Source: the human T2T-CHM13v2.0 reference genome, Homo sapiens
Assembly: GCF_009914755.1 (NCBI RefSeq)
Contig: NC_060926.1
Direction: 5' to 3' (one strand)
DNA length: 64,000 nt
The position numbers and the translations under genes are program-made. The notes under the pieces are model-generated. The model had not been told where the DNA came from. It did no database searches and worked only from the letters and a program-made list of their open reading frames with translations. This document shows, in pieces, positions 1 to 15,066 of this stretch (positions are counted from its first letter, which is position 1; each line of letters starts with the position of its first letter).

Positions 1-1750
1 AAAACTACAAAACATTGTTGAAAGAAATTAAAGAAGATCTAAATAAATACCCATGAACATCCCATGTTCAGGGATCAGAGGGCCTAATATTGCTAAGATG
101 GCAACACTCCCCAAGTTGATTTACAAATTCAGTGAAATCCCTATCAAATCCCAATTGGCATGTTTTGTGGAAACTGGTGAACTAATTTTAAAACACATAT
201 AGTAATTCAAAGGACTGAGAATAGCCAAGTCAATTTTTAAAAATCAAAATAAACTTGGAAGATTCCCACTTCCCAATTTCAAAACTGACTACAAAGCCAC
301 AGTTATCAAGACAGTGGGGACTGGCATAAGGATAGACATACAATGGAATAGAATCGGAGTCCAGAAATAAACTTATACATATAGTGTCAACTGATTTTCA
401 ACAAGGGTACCAAGATAATTCAATGAAGAAAATCCAATCTTTTCAATAAATCATGAATAACTAGAACTCACCACATGCAAAAGAACAAAAGTGGACGGAC
501 CCCTACTTCACGCTATACATAAAAATTAACTCAAAATTGATCTTAGACCTTAATACAAGAACTAAAACTATAAAATTTCCATTAAAAAAGGAGAAAATTT
601 TTATGACCTCAAGTCATAAAGCCTTCTTAGATATAACACCAAAAGTGTAATCAATAACAAAAAACTAGATTGAACTTCAACAAATTTTAGTTTTTGTGCC
701 TCAAAGAATAGTATCAAGAAAGTGAAAAGAAAATGCACGGCATGGGACAAAAATTTTTGCAAATCATATGTCACATAAGGGTATCTAGAATATATTTAAA
801 ACTCCTACAGCTCAACAATAAGGAGACAAAACCCAATTTATTCATTTATTTATTTTCTTAAGAGATGGGGTTTCACCATGTTGGCCAGGCTGGTCTCGAA
901 CTCCTGACCTCAGGCGATCCGCCTGCCTCAACCTCCCAAAGTGCTTGGATTATAGGCGTGAGCCATCGCGCCTGGCCACAACCCAATTTAAAATGTACAA
1001 AAGATCTGAAGAGGTATTTGTTCAAAAATTATATACAAATGACTGATAAGTACATGAATAGATGCTCAGCATCATTAGAGAAATGCAAATCAAAACACAA
1101 AAAGATGGACAATAAATGTTGGGAGGGATGTAGAGAAATCGGAACCTTCACAAACCGCTGGTGAGAATGTAAAAATGGCATAGCCACTCTGGAAAATATG
1201 GCAGTTCCTCAAAAGGTTAAATGTAAAGCTACCATATAACACAGCAATTATACTCCTAGGTATATATCCAAGAGAAATAAAAACATATGTCCACACAAAA
1301 ACTTAGACACGAATGTTCATAGCATTATTCATAATATCCAAAAAGTAGAAACAACCAAACTATTCACTGACTGATGAATGGATAAGTAAAATGTGGAGAA
1401 TCCATATAATGTAATATTACGTAGCAATAAAAAGGAAAGGCATACTAATACATACCATAACAGACAAACTCTGAAACCACTATGCTAAGTGAAAGAAACC
1501 AGCGGCAAAAGTCTGCATATTGTATGATTCCTTTATATGAAATGACCAGAACAGACAAATCTATAGAGATAGAAAGTTGGCTGCCTAGAGCTTGATGCAA
1601 GGAAATATTTGGGAGAAAAATGTCCTAAAATTGCTTGTGGTAATGGTGACACAACTGAGTGAATTTACGAAAAACCATTGAACTTACAAAGTTCTAATGG
1701 TTGCATTAAATGCAATATGAATTTTACTTCAATAAACCTATTAGAAAATT
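1..1750 (+). mobile_element. Old L1 (L1M-type) ORF2 3' part and 3'UTR, decayed, interrupted by an Alu monomer
   Basis: L1 ORF2-like stretches (ACTACAAAACATTGTTGAAAGAAATT, ATCAAGACAGTG..GGCATAAGGATAGAC) and 3' end AATAAA near 1731. Confidence 0.85.
841..977 (-). mobile_element. Alu left monomer only, with TSD
   Basis: Alu left-arm sequence; TSD AACCCAATTTA at 830-840 and 980-990. Confidence 0.9.
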
Positions 1751-2379
1751 AAAACACTCTTTTCTTAAAGCACTCTTTAATACCAATTATTAAGATGATA
1801 AATAGTAACACAAATTAACCAAATAATTTAATCAAGTTAACAGCCTCCCTTAAATATCTGCTAGTCTGTAACTATATATTTATGTATATTATATATTAAA
1901 AATTAAACAACATCACTTCAACATATATTCAGATTTCTCACTAATTCTTAATGGCTTTCTTCCAATTACTCTTAATGAATGGGATTTTAATAAACTAAGT
2001 TCTCCCTTTACAGGACACAAACTGATATTTTAACAATTTTAGCACATTTCCATGAGGATCTCTAACAAAAACTTAGACTTCCTATCTGTGGTGAAACAAG
2101 CTTAGAATAATTCAACTTAATATTACCACAAAATAATTCTACCACGAAAATTTCTCAATTTGTGCTTCATGTTGAAAAGAATGTCAAAAGATAAAACGCG
2201 TATTTTTTTGTAACTTTAATTTAAATTTTAAAAATATTGAGTAAAATTTTAAATATCAAACAAATTGTCAGAGTTTTAAAAAAATTATATAGGGGACTTT
2301 TTTCTTTTCTTATATACTTGAGAAATTTCTAAAGTAAACATCAGCAGAAATAGAACAATCACTTAGAAATAAATGTTTC

Positions 2380-2677
<298 letters not shown>

Positions 2678-4235
2678 TAAGCTTACATAAAACAATATAT
2701 TCAATAATACTGCACAGAACTATCTATAAAGAAATAAATTGTGAATACAAAATAAACTTCAGTTTGAGCTCAGCAGAGACTTCCGTATTTGCTATAGGCT
2801 GTGCCAGCTTAGTAAACAGAAGTTCTTCATACAAGAAATTTTCTCTAATAAATTAAGTAGAGTACAACAATATAGAGGAGAGTTATTTAATTCCGATTTA
2901 CATAAGTATACCATAATATCACAATACATTATTGGAGGTTTTTTGCTCTTTTTCACCATACCTAGTAATGTAATACGTCAAACTTACAAAAAATCCTGAC
3001 ACACAGGAAGACCCATGGTGGAGAAGGGAATAAGGTAACAGAAATAATAAAGCTTGGGACAGAAACTGAAATTGAAAGTGAGTAGTGGGTTAAAGCGGAA
3101 TTACTGCAGATGGTGACATTGAACAGGAAATAGGTAGTTAAGACACAGGAAATTGCACGTCAGTAAAAAGACACACCAATAAAGATAAGGAACAGAAAGT
3201 CCCATGAGAGAATGTGAAGACTGAGTTACAAATTCATGTGGTAGAAAAGATCACACTAAGGACCAATTTGAAAAAGAAAGAAAAAAAGATGCAGCTGGAA
3301 GAATTTACTAAGCAGCTATTAACGGCTATTCCCACAGTACTTGGAGAGAGTTCCACAGTAATTTTCCTTCACCACACTGTCTTTCATCATTTGCATTCAT
3401 TTCTGTATTCTGTGATACTGTGCTGGGGTTATCTACATAAAGGCTGAAAAGTAAGGTTCAGATTTAGGACATGAGGTCTCAGCACTATAGGAATTGGGAA
3501 GCTGTTTTTGTAACCTAGCATATCATCACTCCGGCCTGTACATGATAAACTAAAAAGTTCGTAAAACAGCAGTGCTGTTTTTCAAAACTGACATTTCCAA
3601 AATGCTCTGCTTTCCCAGGCCTGAATACTGTCACACCCAGAAGCCTGTGTCAATCATAATCTTAAATTCAGTCACTAACTCAGAATGCCACATTTGCTAC
3701 ACACACTAGTTAAAATGCAGAGCCCAATAAAATATTTTCAAGCAGAAATTAGAAGGCTAGGTTTTAACAGAATAAAAGCATTAATGTTTTTCCAAAGTTG
3801 CAATAAAATTAAATCAACATAAAAGGTGGACAAAATAAGACAGAAAAACTACTTCTGCAAAAGGAATGTTAGTATACTTAGTCACTGGTACTATTAAAAA
3901 TTACTTTTCATTATGTTATACCTGTATCAGTAGACTATAATAACTACGTATGTAAAATTTCACTGTACTTTCTTTCAAAATATTGAAAGTATGTACTTCA
4001 CCTGATGTGGTAAATATAGTGTACACAAAAGTAAAATTGACAATTTTAGATATAATAGTGAAACATTTCAAATCTTTAAATGGGCAAGGGCCATGTTACC
4101 TCTACACCCTAAACAGGACCCAACATAAAATAACCTTTCAGGAAATACTTGTGGGATAATTCACACTCTTCATGTCTTGTTACAACAAAACAAAAATTTT
4201 TCACATCTGTGTCATCTTAAATGAAAAACAATTAC

Positions 4236-4539
4236 TTTTTTATTTTTTTAAGAGGCAGGGTCCCACTGTTGACCAGGCTGGAATGCAGTGGCTATTCACA
4301 GGAGCAATCCCACTACTAATCAGCACAGTTTTGACCTGCTCCTTTTCTGACCTGGGCCAGTTCACCCCTCCTTAGGCAACCTGCTGGTCTCCCATTCCTG
4401 TGGGGTCACCATATTGATACTAAACTCAATGTGAACACCCAATCGGCATAGCGCACTTCAGCCCAGAAATCCTAGACTCAAGCAATCCTCCTGCCTCAGG
4501 GTCCTGAGTAGCTGGGACTACAGGCATGTGCCACCATGC
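4236..4539 (-). pseudogene. 7SL (SRP) RNA processed pseudogene, near full length
   Basis: Reverse complement follows 7SL including the S domain absent from Alus (GGTTGCCTAAGGAGGGGTGAAC..GGAGCAGGTCAAAAC..GTGAATAGCCACTGC). About 5 nt missing at the 5' end, A-rich tail 4236-4249, 11-bp TSD AAAACAATTAC at 4225-4235 and 4540-4550. Confidence 0.95.
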
Positions 4540-5032
4540 AAAACAATTACATTCTTAATGATGAAAATTAAGTATTACATGAAAGGTTAGGAATACTAGT
4601 TTTTTTTCTATTATTCTCTCTTTATAGCAGTAAAATGCAGATAGGAAGAAAAATAAATTTTAAAATTATTTATTGAGAAATTCCGCGTTTGAAAAACACT
4701 GGCAGTTTCCTAATTTCAAATCTCCCCCTTCCTTTCTCAAAAAACTATAAAACCAATAAAGAAAATAAATAAAACACAACATAGGACCCACCTCTTTGCA
4801 TTTCTAGGAGACAGAGAATTATACTGGCATCAGATTTCTCAAATATAACATACAAAGGAAGCCAACAGCAGAGCAACATATTCAAGAAACTTAAGGAAAG
4901 AAAATGCAAACAAAAGTGATTATACCATGCCAAGCTATCCTTCAAGTGTTAAGGCCATAGAAAACAATTTTGAATGTGTAAGAACTCAGAGAATATTGTA
5001 CACATATACCTTTCTTCAGACATTCACTAGAG

Positions 5033-5251
5033 CAGAAGTTAGCAAACTATGGCCCATGGGTCAAATCCAGCCTGCCACCTGTTTTTGTGAATAAAATTTT
5101 GTTGAAACACAACCATGCTCATTCATTATGCATTGTCTATGACTGATTTTGTGTTACACAGCAGTTGCGTAGTTGCAACAAAAGCCATCTGGCTCACAAA
5201 ACCTTAAATATTTGTTCACTGGACCTTTACAGAAAAAGTTTACCAACTGTA
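5033..5251 (+). mobile_element. MER58A-like hAT-Charlie DNA transposon
   Basis: GCAAACTATGGCCC..GTTTTTGTGAATAAA..TTTACAGAAAAAGTTT; degenerate 8-bp TSD CACTAGAG / TACTAGAC. Confidence 0.85.
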
Positions 5252-5549
5252 TACTAGACTACAGAATAAGTTTCATTCACTCTAAAGGCTTTGGAAAGCT
5301 CTGGCAAAAGGACCAAGGGCAAGCATTTAATATAATTGTAGGGCTGAGATTAAAACAAGAGTAGGGAGAGTGGGGTCAATTTCCTTTAAGAAAGCACAGG
5401 TTGCAAGGCAATCCTAATACCAAAGCAGACTTCAGGATAAAAAGCATTAAACAAGGTAATAAAGAAAACTTTATATAACGTTAAAAGCCACACTCCAGCT
5501 CTGGAATAGAATGAGGAGTGTGCGATACTGTATTTTAAAGACGTTGTTA

Positions 5550-7750
5550 GGAGTGACATCACTGAAAATTGTGGAGTAGGGAACTCTAAATTCCATCCCT
5601 CCACAAAGGTAACTGGTAAGGTAGCAAAAACTGTCAGAATTAACTTTTTCGCAACTATGGAATCTAATAAAAATTTTATAACAACGAAAGAAACACAGAA
5701 AGAAGTTGCAGAATTTCTATAAGAGAGCACTTTTAACGTACCCCAGTCTCCAGCTCAGCAGTGGCCTCTGAAGATGACAGCCCACGTTCCTAGGGCAGGT
5801 TGCAGAAGGAGCAATATGGACCTTATTCTCAAATAACTATGGTTGTGTGTTTTGATGTCTGGTGTGTCCCTGAGGAACTGACTCAAGGGCTTGTCTTTAT
5901 TTCACATGCCTTGGAACTTACTCAGGACAGAAGAAGCCTCCCAGGTGGCCTTTGTCAAAAGTACTTAAAGGCAAATATATTAGCCCCAGCCATGAGGGGT
6001 AAGGGATAATACAGGAGCAACTAACACAGAGAACAAAAAACCTGTGAAAAAATAAACTTGGAAATGAGATATTTGAGGGAAAAGGGGCTTTTTAAAATTC
6101 CTGGGCATGCTGAGGGCTAGGTGTATGCTCTGAAAAGATCTGAGGGAACCTTAAGCTTTCACCTCTAGATGAACTTTGGGCTCCATGCAAACAGGAAGAA
6201 AAGGCTACGGCAGAGCTGTTAATGGCCTCACTAAGTGTAGAAGGAGTGCCCCAACAAAGTGCCAATCTGCAAAGTCTGTGAGAGTTTTGGTTTTTTTCTT
6301 TTAGGGGATTTTTTTCTTTTAGGGTTTATTTTGTTTTTGTTTTTGGCTCCAGGCATTTAGGGGAATCTCTGTTAAATAACTAGATGGTTACTAAGCTAAC
6401 AAGGGAGACCTCAGTGGCCACACATAGCAAACAAAATTTACAAAAATACTTAGAAAAGTCACTAGAGCAAACCACCCCCAAAACAAGCAGCAACAACAAA
6501 CAGGGGAGGGGAGAGAATCTGATTTCCAGAGTTACCAAGTTATAAAATACAACATATCCAGACTTTACCAAAAAAAAAAAAAAAAAAAAAAAAAACTGTC
6601 CATGAGGAAGCTTAGACATTGACCTTACAAAACAAAGATTTTAAATTAACTCTATTCAATATGCTGAATTCAAGAAAATCATGAACAGAGACCTAAAGAA
6701 AGCCAGGAGAATGATCTTTCAACCATATAGAAAAGTAAGAGTTAGAAATTATAAAAAAGAACAAAATAGAAATTACGGAGCTGAAAAGTACAATGACTGA
6801 AATAAAAATGTGCCAGGGGTTCAACAGCAAATTTGAATACAAAGAATAAATCAACAAGCCTGAAGATAGGTCAAATGGGAATATACAGTCAGAGAAAAAA
6901 GAAAAAAATAAAGAAAAGAAAGCAACAGAGGCTGAGACCTGTGAGACACTATCAATCATACTCTCTACATATAATGGGAGACCCAGGAGAGGAGAGAAAG
7001 GCGCAGAAAGGATATTTTTTAAAATTATTATGAAGAATTTCTTAAGTTTGATGAAAAACATTAATCTACACGTCTAAGAATCACAATAAACTCCAAGTAG
7101 GATAAACTCAGAAAGACCCATGACAAGACACATTATAATCAAACTGTCAAAAGATAAAGACAGAGAATCCTGAATGCAGCAAGAGAGAAGAGACTTGTCA
7201 TGAATAAGGCATCGTAAGATTAACAGCTGATTCCTCATAAAAAACTATGGAGGCCATACCATAAGAGTGGATGGTATATTTAGTATTAAAAGGGAAAAAT
7301 TAAAAACCATCAACCAAGAATTCTATATTTTAAAAACTCTCTATAAAAAAATGAATGAAATGTTTAATGGGCATAGAGTTTCAGTTTTGCATGATAAAAA
7401 AATTGCTGGAGATTGGTGGCACAACAATATGACTATGCTTCCCATTACTGAACTGTATGCTTAAAAATGGTTATGATGGTACATTTTATGTTATGTTCAT
7501 CTTACCACAATTAAACATAAATTTTTTAAAAAAGGAGAAATTAAGATTTTCCAGAAAAACAAAAACTAGGAAGTTTGTCACTAGTAGACCTGCCTTACAT
7601 GAAATATTACAGGAAGTGCTTCAGACTGGAATGAAAGGGCACTAGATAGTAACTTGAAGCCATACAAAGAAATAAAGAACACTGATAAATGTCATGATAT
7701 ATGTAAATATAAACGCCAGTGTTACTGTATTTTTGGTTTTTATCTCCTTT
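5550..7750 (+). mobile_element. Old L1 5' region/ORF1 remnant with an inserted L1MB-like 3' fragment (about 7350-7530)
   Basis: ORF1-like A-rich stretches (AGACACATTATAATCAAACTG, GCAGCAAGAGAGAAG, AGACCTGCCTTACATGAAAT). Confidence 0.75.
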
Positions 7751-8259
7751 TTGCCCTATGTAATTTAAAAGCCACATTCCACAATGTAGATATAGCCTAC
7801 GACTACACTTAGGAAAAAAAATTAGTAAACTGAAAAATGAAATTAAAACACTGAGATACAATGACTGATTTATATAAGTAAATGAGACCTCTCACACTTT
7901 ATTCTAAATCAGATATCTCATATTTGTATTTCACAGGGAAGAGATCCAGAATTGAGCTCAAATATAAGGATACTGGGAAGCAGAGTCTAACAAAAAGATC
8001 ACCAGCCAAAAAGTCAAGATACCTAAAATGTTATATTGTCAGCTCTGCTAATAATTCTCAATGTCACTTGTTAACTTCTCCGGGTCATTACTTCCCAATT
8101 TGTGAAGCGGCAAGGATATGACAATATTATAAGAATTTATATAAAGAAAAAAGAAAACAGTTGACATAAAATTATTTAAATTCTTAGTAAAGTAGCAGGC
8201 AAATCCAAAATATTATCATTATTACGAAATCAGCATGCACATGCAGTTTCTTTATTTAC

Positions 8260-8395
8260 CTGATGATGGTGAATGTTTCTTATGTTGCAGGAAAAATGCT
8301 GGTAGAGCAGAAACTTATCAACATCTTTCTCATTTACCTTTTTTGAGGATACTTTTGCCAGAGATGACTGGATACAAACATGTCTCTTCTGGCAC
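8260..8395 (-). CDS. SRBD1: SRBD1 exon 9 ([11 protein letters not shown]...NIRNIHHHQ), 136 nt; gene continues beyond the window start
   Basis: Acceptor tgaacag|G and donor CAG|gtaaat. Cumulative CDS is 1305 nt (435 codons) with no stop. Confidence 0.95.
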
Positions 8396-9679
8396 CTGTT
8401 CAGATACACAAGTGTTCAAAAAACAAGCAGTTATTAATTTGTGCTTTAGTAAAGAATATATAGAAATAAGGATAGCAAAAAAAGTTAAGCCATTACCAAG
8501 TGAGTTTTTTTAATGATGCCCAGCTATGAAATTGATATTACTACCCCATCAAAAGGACTCTTTGCCTATTCATACTAGCATAGTCCTCCAGATCTATTTA
8601 TATATCTACTCAATCTTCCCATAAAATGCCTAAATGAATTCAGAAACCATCTGCAATTATGCAAAAGATCAAAACTATCTATAGAAATCAAACCAATAGC
8701 TCTGATCTAAATATCAGACTTTTCTAATCACTAAGACAGTCACAGTCAATTAAAAACTTAAAAAAAGAGAAACAAAAGGATGTGTCAGGACAGCTTCCAA
8801 TAACAATTTATAATACTGAACCAAATTTAAGTGGCATAATTACTTATAAAAACACATTTTAAAACCTGAGCAATTATTTTGCTTCAACTCATTCCTGCTG
8901 GAGCCACTGAGAAAATACAAAAGTTCTTTCTAGCAACAGTAGTCAACTAGGTCATCTCCTCCTTTCCTCTCCTCTGCACAGCTCAAACAGCTAGATATGT
9001 GGAGGGAGAGAGAGGAAGAACAAACCTCTAGCAGAAACCTGTCTTCTGATACACAGCAGAAAAAGAACAAAATAATACAAAAATAGGGTTTTTAATTAAT
9101 GTGTTTTTTTAATGATGCATAAAATCCATAAGCCCAAGAAGGCTCTAGGTCAAAGATCTTTAATGTCTGATAAATTGGGACTGTGATGCCATAGATAAGC
9201 TGCTCTCCTCAACAGCTAAAAATCATTTGGAGGTCAGTACTTTTATTCATATCTGATATTACACATTCTCAAGTAAAGCCAATCACTGGTAAACACCAGA
9301 AACGAGATACTATAAAATAAGCATACATCACAATCAACATGTTTAAAAAGCAATGCCACTCTAAAGGACATGAATCTCTCTTCGTATATATTGTGTAAGG
9401 CAATGGTTTTTAAACTCATCAGGCCCCTCCACTGAGATGCCTCAGTGTAAGGAGGGTGAGTAGGCAGAGTTCCAGGCTCCCTGTCCAGAATTCAATTAAA
9501 ACAACTTTACTTTTATCTGTTTTATATATTTGGGCTCTGTTGTTTGAACAAAGAGTTTTGCTACTTTAAAAAAAAGTCTGAAAACAAAGTTTTTAATGAA
9601 CATTGGTATTAGCACTAACCGTGTGACCCTTAACAGCATGAGTCCATAAAGCAGAAAACTCCATAAAAGAGATACTCAC

Positions 9680-9776
9680 AAGTTCCGAATGAAGTCAAGC
9701 GTGTCTTTGTCTTTAGCAATCATATCTGCTAAAATATGCTGCACTCCTATTTCAATATCCTGAAGCGTTGAAAGCC
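9680..9776 (-). CDS. SRBD1: SRBD1 exon 8 ([33 protein letters not shown]), 97 nt
   Basis: Acceptor ccttctcctaaag|GG and donor TT|gtgagt; frame consistent. Confidence 0.94.
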
Positions 9777-9984
9777 CTTTAGGAGAAGGGTAAAAAGGAA
9801 AACAAAAACAAAAAGTATACGATTGGTTTTAAATTCTATAACTAAATCACAGTAAATTAATTCCAGTCAAAATAAAACCTTAAGTTGACAGTCTTAAGAC
9901 AGAAAGATATTGCAGCAGTATACTAGCTTCCCTTTGTAACAAAAACAAGTCTCCAAAAGCAATAATACAGACATAATACATAAT

Positions 9985-10170
9985 ATACTGCCCAGTGGTA
10001 AAAATGCATCTCTGGAGCCAGCTGCCTTGTCGAATCCTGGTTCTACCATTTGCCAGTTGTGAGACACTGGGCAACCTACTTGACTCCTCTGTACCTCAGT
10101 TTCCTATAAAAATGGAATCATAACAGTACCTCCTTTATGAAGTGATTACAAATACTAAAGATGTTATGGG
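9985..10170 (+). mobile_element. MIR
   Basis: MIR core (GAATCCTGGTTCTACCATTTGCCAG..CTCAGTTTCCT..AAAATGG). Confidence 0.75.
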
Positions 10171-10725
10171 AAATATATATTAATAGAGTCAAAACCCAAG
10201 GGACACTACTCCATTTGTTTAAAAAATTATCCTTTAGAAGCAATTTCTATTTTGGATTATGGGGCATTTTTTCACATTTTCAACGACCCATTTGAATTTC
10301 ACAAATCTCAAAAGCACAAAACAAGAGTTTTCATGCAGTTGTTCCTCTTCACAGTTAAATTGTCTACAGATGAGCATTAAGTTCTCTTTAAGCATTTCTA
10401 ATTTGCTAATTTATAGCAATGAATCTTGTAAATCAAGGTCTTTCTGATATCAACTTACACTGAGAGAGATCATTTGCACTGCTTTGTTTCATTTCTTTTG
10501 TCTTTATCATTCTATTTGCATGAAACGTTTTTTGCACTAAACCTGAATTACACAAGCACTGCATATCATATGTATATTTTCCTGTAAGTAAAGTTTTAAT
10601 AAGTAATAAGGTACAAAAGCCAAAGAGGACAGGAAGATATTTGTTATGGCATAATTAATAAATAGAAAATATCTAGTTTGGTTGTGTTAGGATAGCTATG
10701 TTACCTACTGAAGTAATTATGTTTA

Positions 10726-11536
<811 letters not shown>

Positions 11537-13749
11537 CATTTTAAAGAAATTTAAAGAAAGAAATGTGGCTAATGAAACTAATAGTAATTCTATTTACATT
11601 TTAAGAAAACTTTCCTATGAGGGAATTTTCAGTAACAAATTACCTTTACAAGATGGGAGACTGTATATCTAATGGACTTAAAACAGCTATAACACATAGA
11701 GCACTCAATAAACATTTGCTCTTCTGTTAGCTCTCTCAGTCTTCATCTAGGAAAACCATTCACAAGAACTAATTCCTGGAGTTCCAAGTATCCCAGAGCA
11801 TCATCACATGAAGTTTAATGACAACAACAGGGTGATAACTCAATAGTAAAGATGGAACCTACAGGGAGAACCATTAATGGAAGCAGAGGACAGAAGAAAT
11901 TATAGACTTTGCAATAAGAAAGGGCCTTTGAAAATCCCCCATCATAAGAGGGGAATATAATTTGAAACTTTATGTAATTAATGAATCTAATTAAAATTGT
12001 GCTAGAGCGCTAGAGAAATGTTGTAAAGTGTAGTCCAAGGACCCAAAAATAAAATCATACCAGGTACTTGTTAAAACTATGAATGGCTAGACTGTGGAAA
12101 TGAAGTACTTCACGGAGTGTCCCAGATAACTCTGATACTCATTCAACTTTAAAAAACTGCCACTAGGGAAATGCCTTGAGCTACTTCTAGAGCAGTGGTT
12201 CTCAATGGGAGATAGAAATTATCAGAATCATTTGGGACACTCTTTCAAATTACATTCCCCTTCTCAGTCCAACCAGGGAGAAAAATAATTTAAAAGGAAA
12301 GTCTTCTGTGTTTTGAAAAAGCTCCTTTCCCAATCAAAGGGAATAGATCTTGTGGGTTTAATACAGCCAAGATAACAGATGTTCCAAAAGTTTAGCACCT
12401 CAGTTAAATCAGGAGGAAATATGGTACACAGAACCAGAAAATCATATCCTTTGCCTTACAATGAAATCTTCCCAGCTACAGAATCTTCAAACCTCCACAC
12501 CTGTAAACAAAAACCGAAAGGCCAACATTTCTTTTCACTTTCTCCGCACTTAAGCTACCTCTTCTTATGTATGACAGAACTTCCTCTTGGACACGAAAGT
12601 AGTATTTTGGATCTCCCAGGACATAGTCCATTTGTGGCACAGTATAGCTTTATGATTCAGACCAAATGCTTACTGGTCTGTGGCAAGCAAGCAAGAAGTG
12701 TCTTCTACTGGGGAAAAAAAAAACTGAACTATCTGGTTTCTTAAATATTTCTTTCAGGAATGATAGGAATTATGAAACTTCTTTCGAAAAACAAGTAAAA
12801 TTAAGGATGATCATGATTGTGTGTAACATAAAGGAGGAGGAGACAAAGAGAAAGAGAAAACATTCCTATCAAACTTAAAAAAAAAAGCAGTACCTAGCTT
12901 ATATAGACTTACTAATAATAATTCTACATTTTTGATCAGGGTAAAAGAAAGAGGGAGTAAAGCAAACAAAAGTCCTCACACGTCTGCTAGTACAGTACTA
13001 CTGTAACTGTGCTAGACCCTGAACTATCCACATTATAAGAAGTATCACCAAGTGTCCATTGTCATATATTCCAGCAGCATCACCATGTAGGACAATCCAA
13101 AGAGATATGGTTATCAAAAACCTACCCAGTAGGAACTCAGTGTATGAGAGAACTCAAGAGACCTTGGTACCAAAGGTAGTGAGAAGTAGAAGGAAAGAAA
13201 ATCAACCACAAGGAGAAAAATAAAAATAAAAGCAGTCGATAAGCCTTTGTGCATCTAACATTCTGAAAGTTTCAACATTCCATTTTAATAAAACATATGA
13301 TGACTGGGCACAGACAGTTTCCCACTGTGGTTAACCTTAATGCTTAGCTATAGTCTTAGCTATTATTAAAATATTAAGTGTTGCAACCATTTGGAAATCT
13401 AACTATAAATACACATTAAAAATTAAACAAACTTGAATTTTACTCATTTCAACCCATCTCTAAATTCACATAATCCTTTTTTACTTTTTCATTATTGCCC
13501 TTCTCCAAACATTAAGATTAAGTGTGTTTGGGTATGAACAGATATTTGGATTTTACAGACACACCCACTCAGTTTTTTAAATCACAAATTCACATTTGCT
13601 GGGTTATGTAAAATAAAAACAGGCTATAGTATGCTATAATTTTCTACAGATTAGTACATACTGTGGATTTTGTTATCAGAGACTGCCCCCTACAGACATT
13701 TACATGTCCCAGCCTATGGGATCCACAGAAGGACAAAAGAAACTGGAGG

Positions 13750-14070
13750 TGGGGGCGGGGTGGAAAGACGTAGGTCAAAGGGTACAAAGTTGTAGCTACA
13801 TAGGCTGAAAAAGACTAGAGTTCTAACATACAACACGGGGGCTACAGTTAATAATATCGTAATGTATACTGTGAATTTGCTAAGACAGATTTTAGGTGCT
13901 CTTAACACAAAAGAAGGTAACTATGTGAGATGATGAATATGTTAATTTGCTTGATTATCATGTATAGAATAGTTTGACTATAATACTCACTTCACTATGT
14001 ATTAATATATGTATATCAAAACATCATGTTGCACATGTTAACTATATAATTTTTTAATATTAAAAAAATA
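13750..14070 (+). mobile_element. L1MA-type 3' end
   Basis: GGTCAAAGGGTACAAAGTT..GTAACTATGTGAGATGATGAATATGTTAATT. Confidence 0.75.
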
Positions 14071-14927
14071 ATTTTTTGAGAGTAGAGACCACCAAAACAT
14101 CAATTTCCCCACTCAATCCTAACAGCGAATTCCTGAGAAAAAGCCACTCTTAACCAAAGTTGTCACTCTAAGACTCATTTTTACAATAAAACCAATGCAT
14201 CTTGACATTTATCAACTGTCATTTCCCTTGAGTTTTTCTTAGAAATATGTCTCCCTTACTTCTTCCCTCTCTTATTCTCTGTTGTGCATGCACACACACA
14301 AAACAGGAAGATACACTTGGAGGGAAATTTCAGAAAAATACACTTTACTTCTACAGTAGAAGTGTGAGAGTGGAGCTTCACTTTACACTTCCTGGATGTC
14401 AAAACTCTTGACATTTTTAAAGAGTATTTATGACTTTTGCAAGTAAACAAATTTTCAGAAATAAAAGCTGTAACAGACAATATAGGAGAATCTTTATAAA
14501 CTTGGGATATGAAGGAATTTCTTTAAAAAGAAAATACAGCTATTATCTTAAAAGATGATTAACTATAATAAAACTCAACTAATACCTATTTATCAAGGGA
14601 TGCCATAAAGAAAGTGAAAAGACAAGTTACAAACTGGGAAAAAAGATTTGCAACACATATAAATGACAAAAATTATTTTAAAATAATAATTTTAAAAAGA
14701 ACAATACAATAGAAAAACGGGCAAAAGACTAGAACAGGCACTTCATCAAAAGAGAAAAGCTGAATGGCTACTCAATAGGTATGTCAGGATTTATTTCAAT
14801 TATTCTACATACGCTGTAATATTCTTTTGTATAATCAGTACTTAACAAAACAGTTTTTTAACATACGTTTTTAAATTAAAAAAAAAAAAAAAGAAACAAA
14901 GTTGATCTCTGTAAATAAAGCCAGTAC

Positions 14928-15066
14928 CTTTAACGTCAGGCCTAATGTACGATAGCAGACTGAGCTCCCCTGGTTTCTCAAGCAGTGCCCTGGCTGCTCC
15001 TTCTAAGCCCAACTGTCTTGCTCTCTGGGCTTTAGTCCCTTTGCTTCCAGTTTTATATGGAGCAGA
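14928..15066 (-). CDS. SRBD1: SRBD1 exon 7 ([25 protein letters not shown]...IRPDVK), 139 nt
   Basis: Acceptor ttattttctag|TCT and donor AAG|gtactg; Tex-like PYK..TKA..AR..GLE motif. Confidence 0.96.

Noticed and set aside
8235-8513. 92-aa + strand ORF
   Set aside because: It is antisense to exon 9 and has no recognisable homology.
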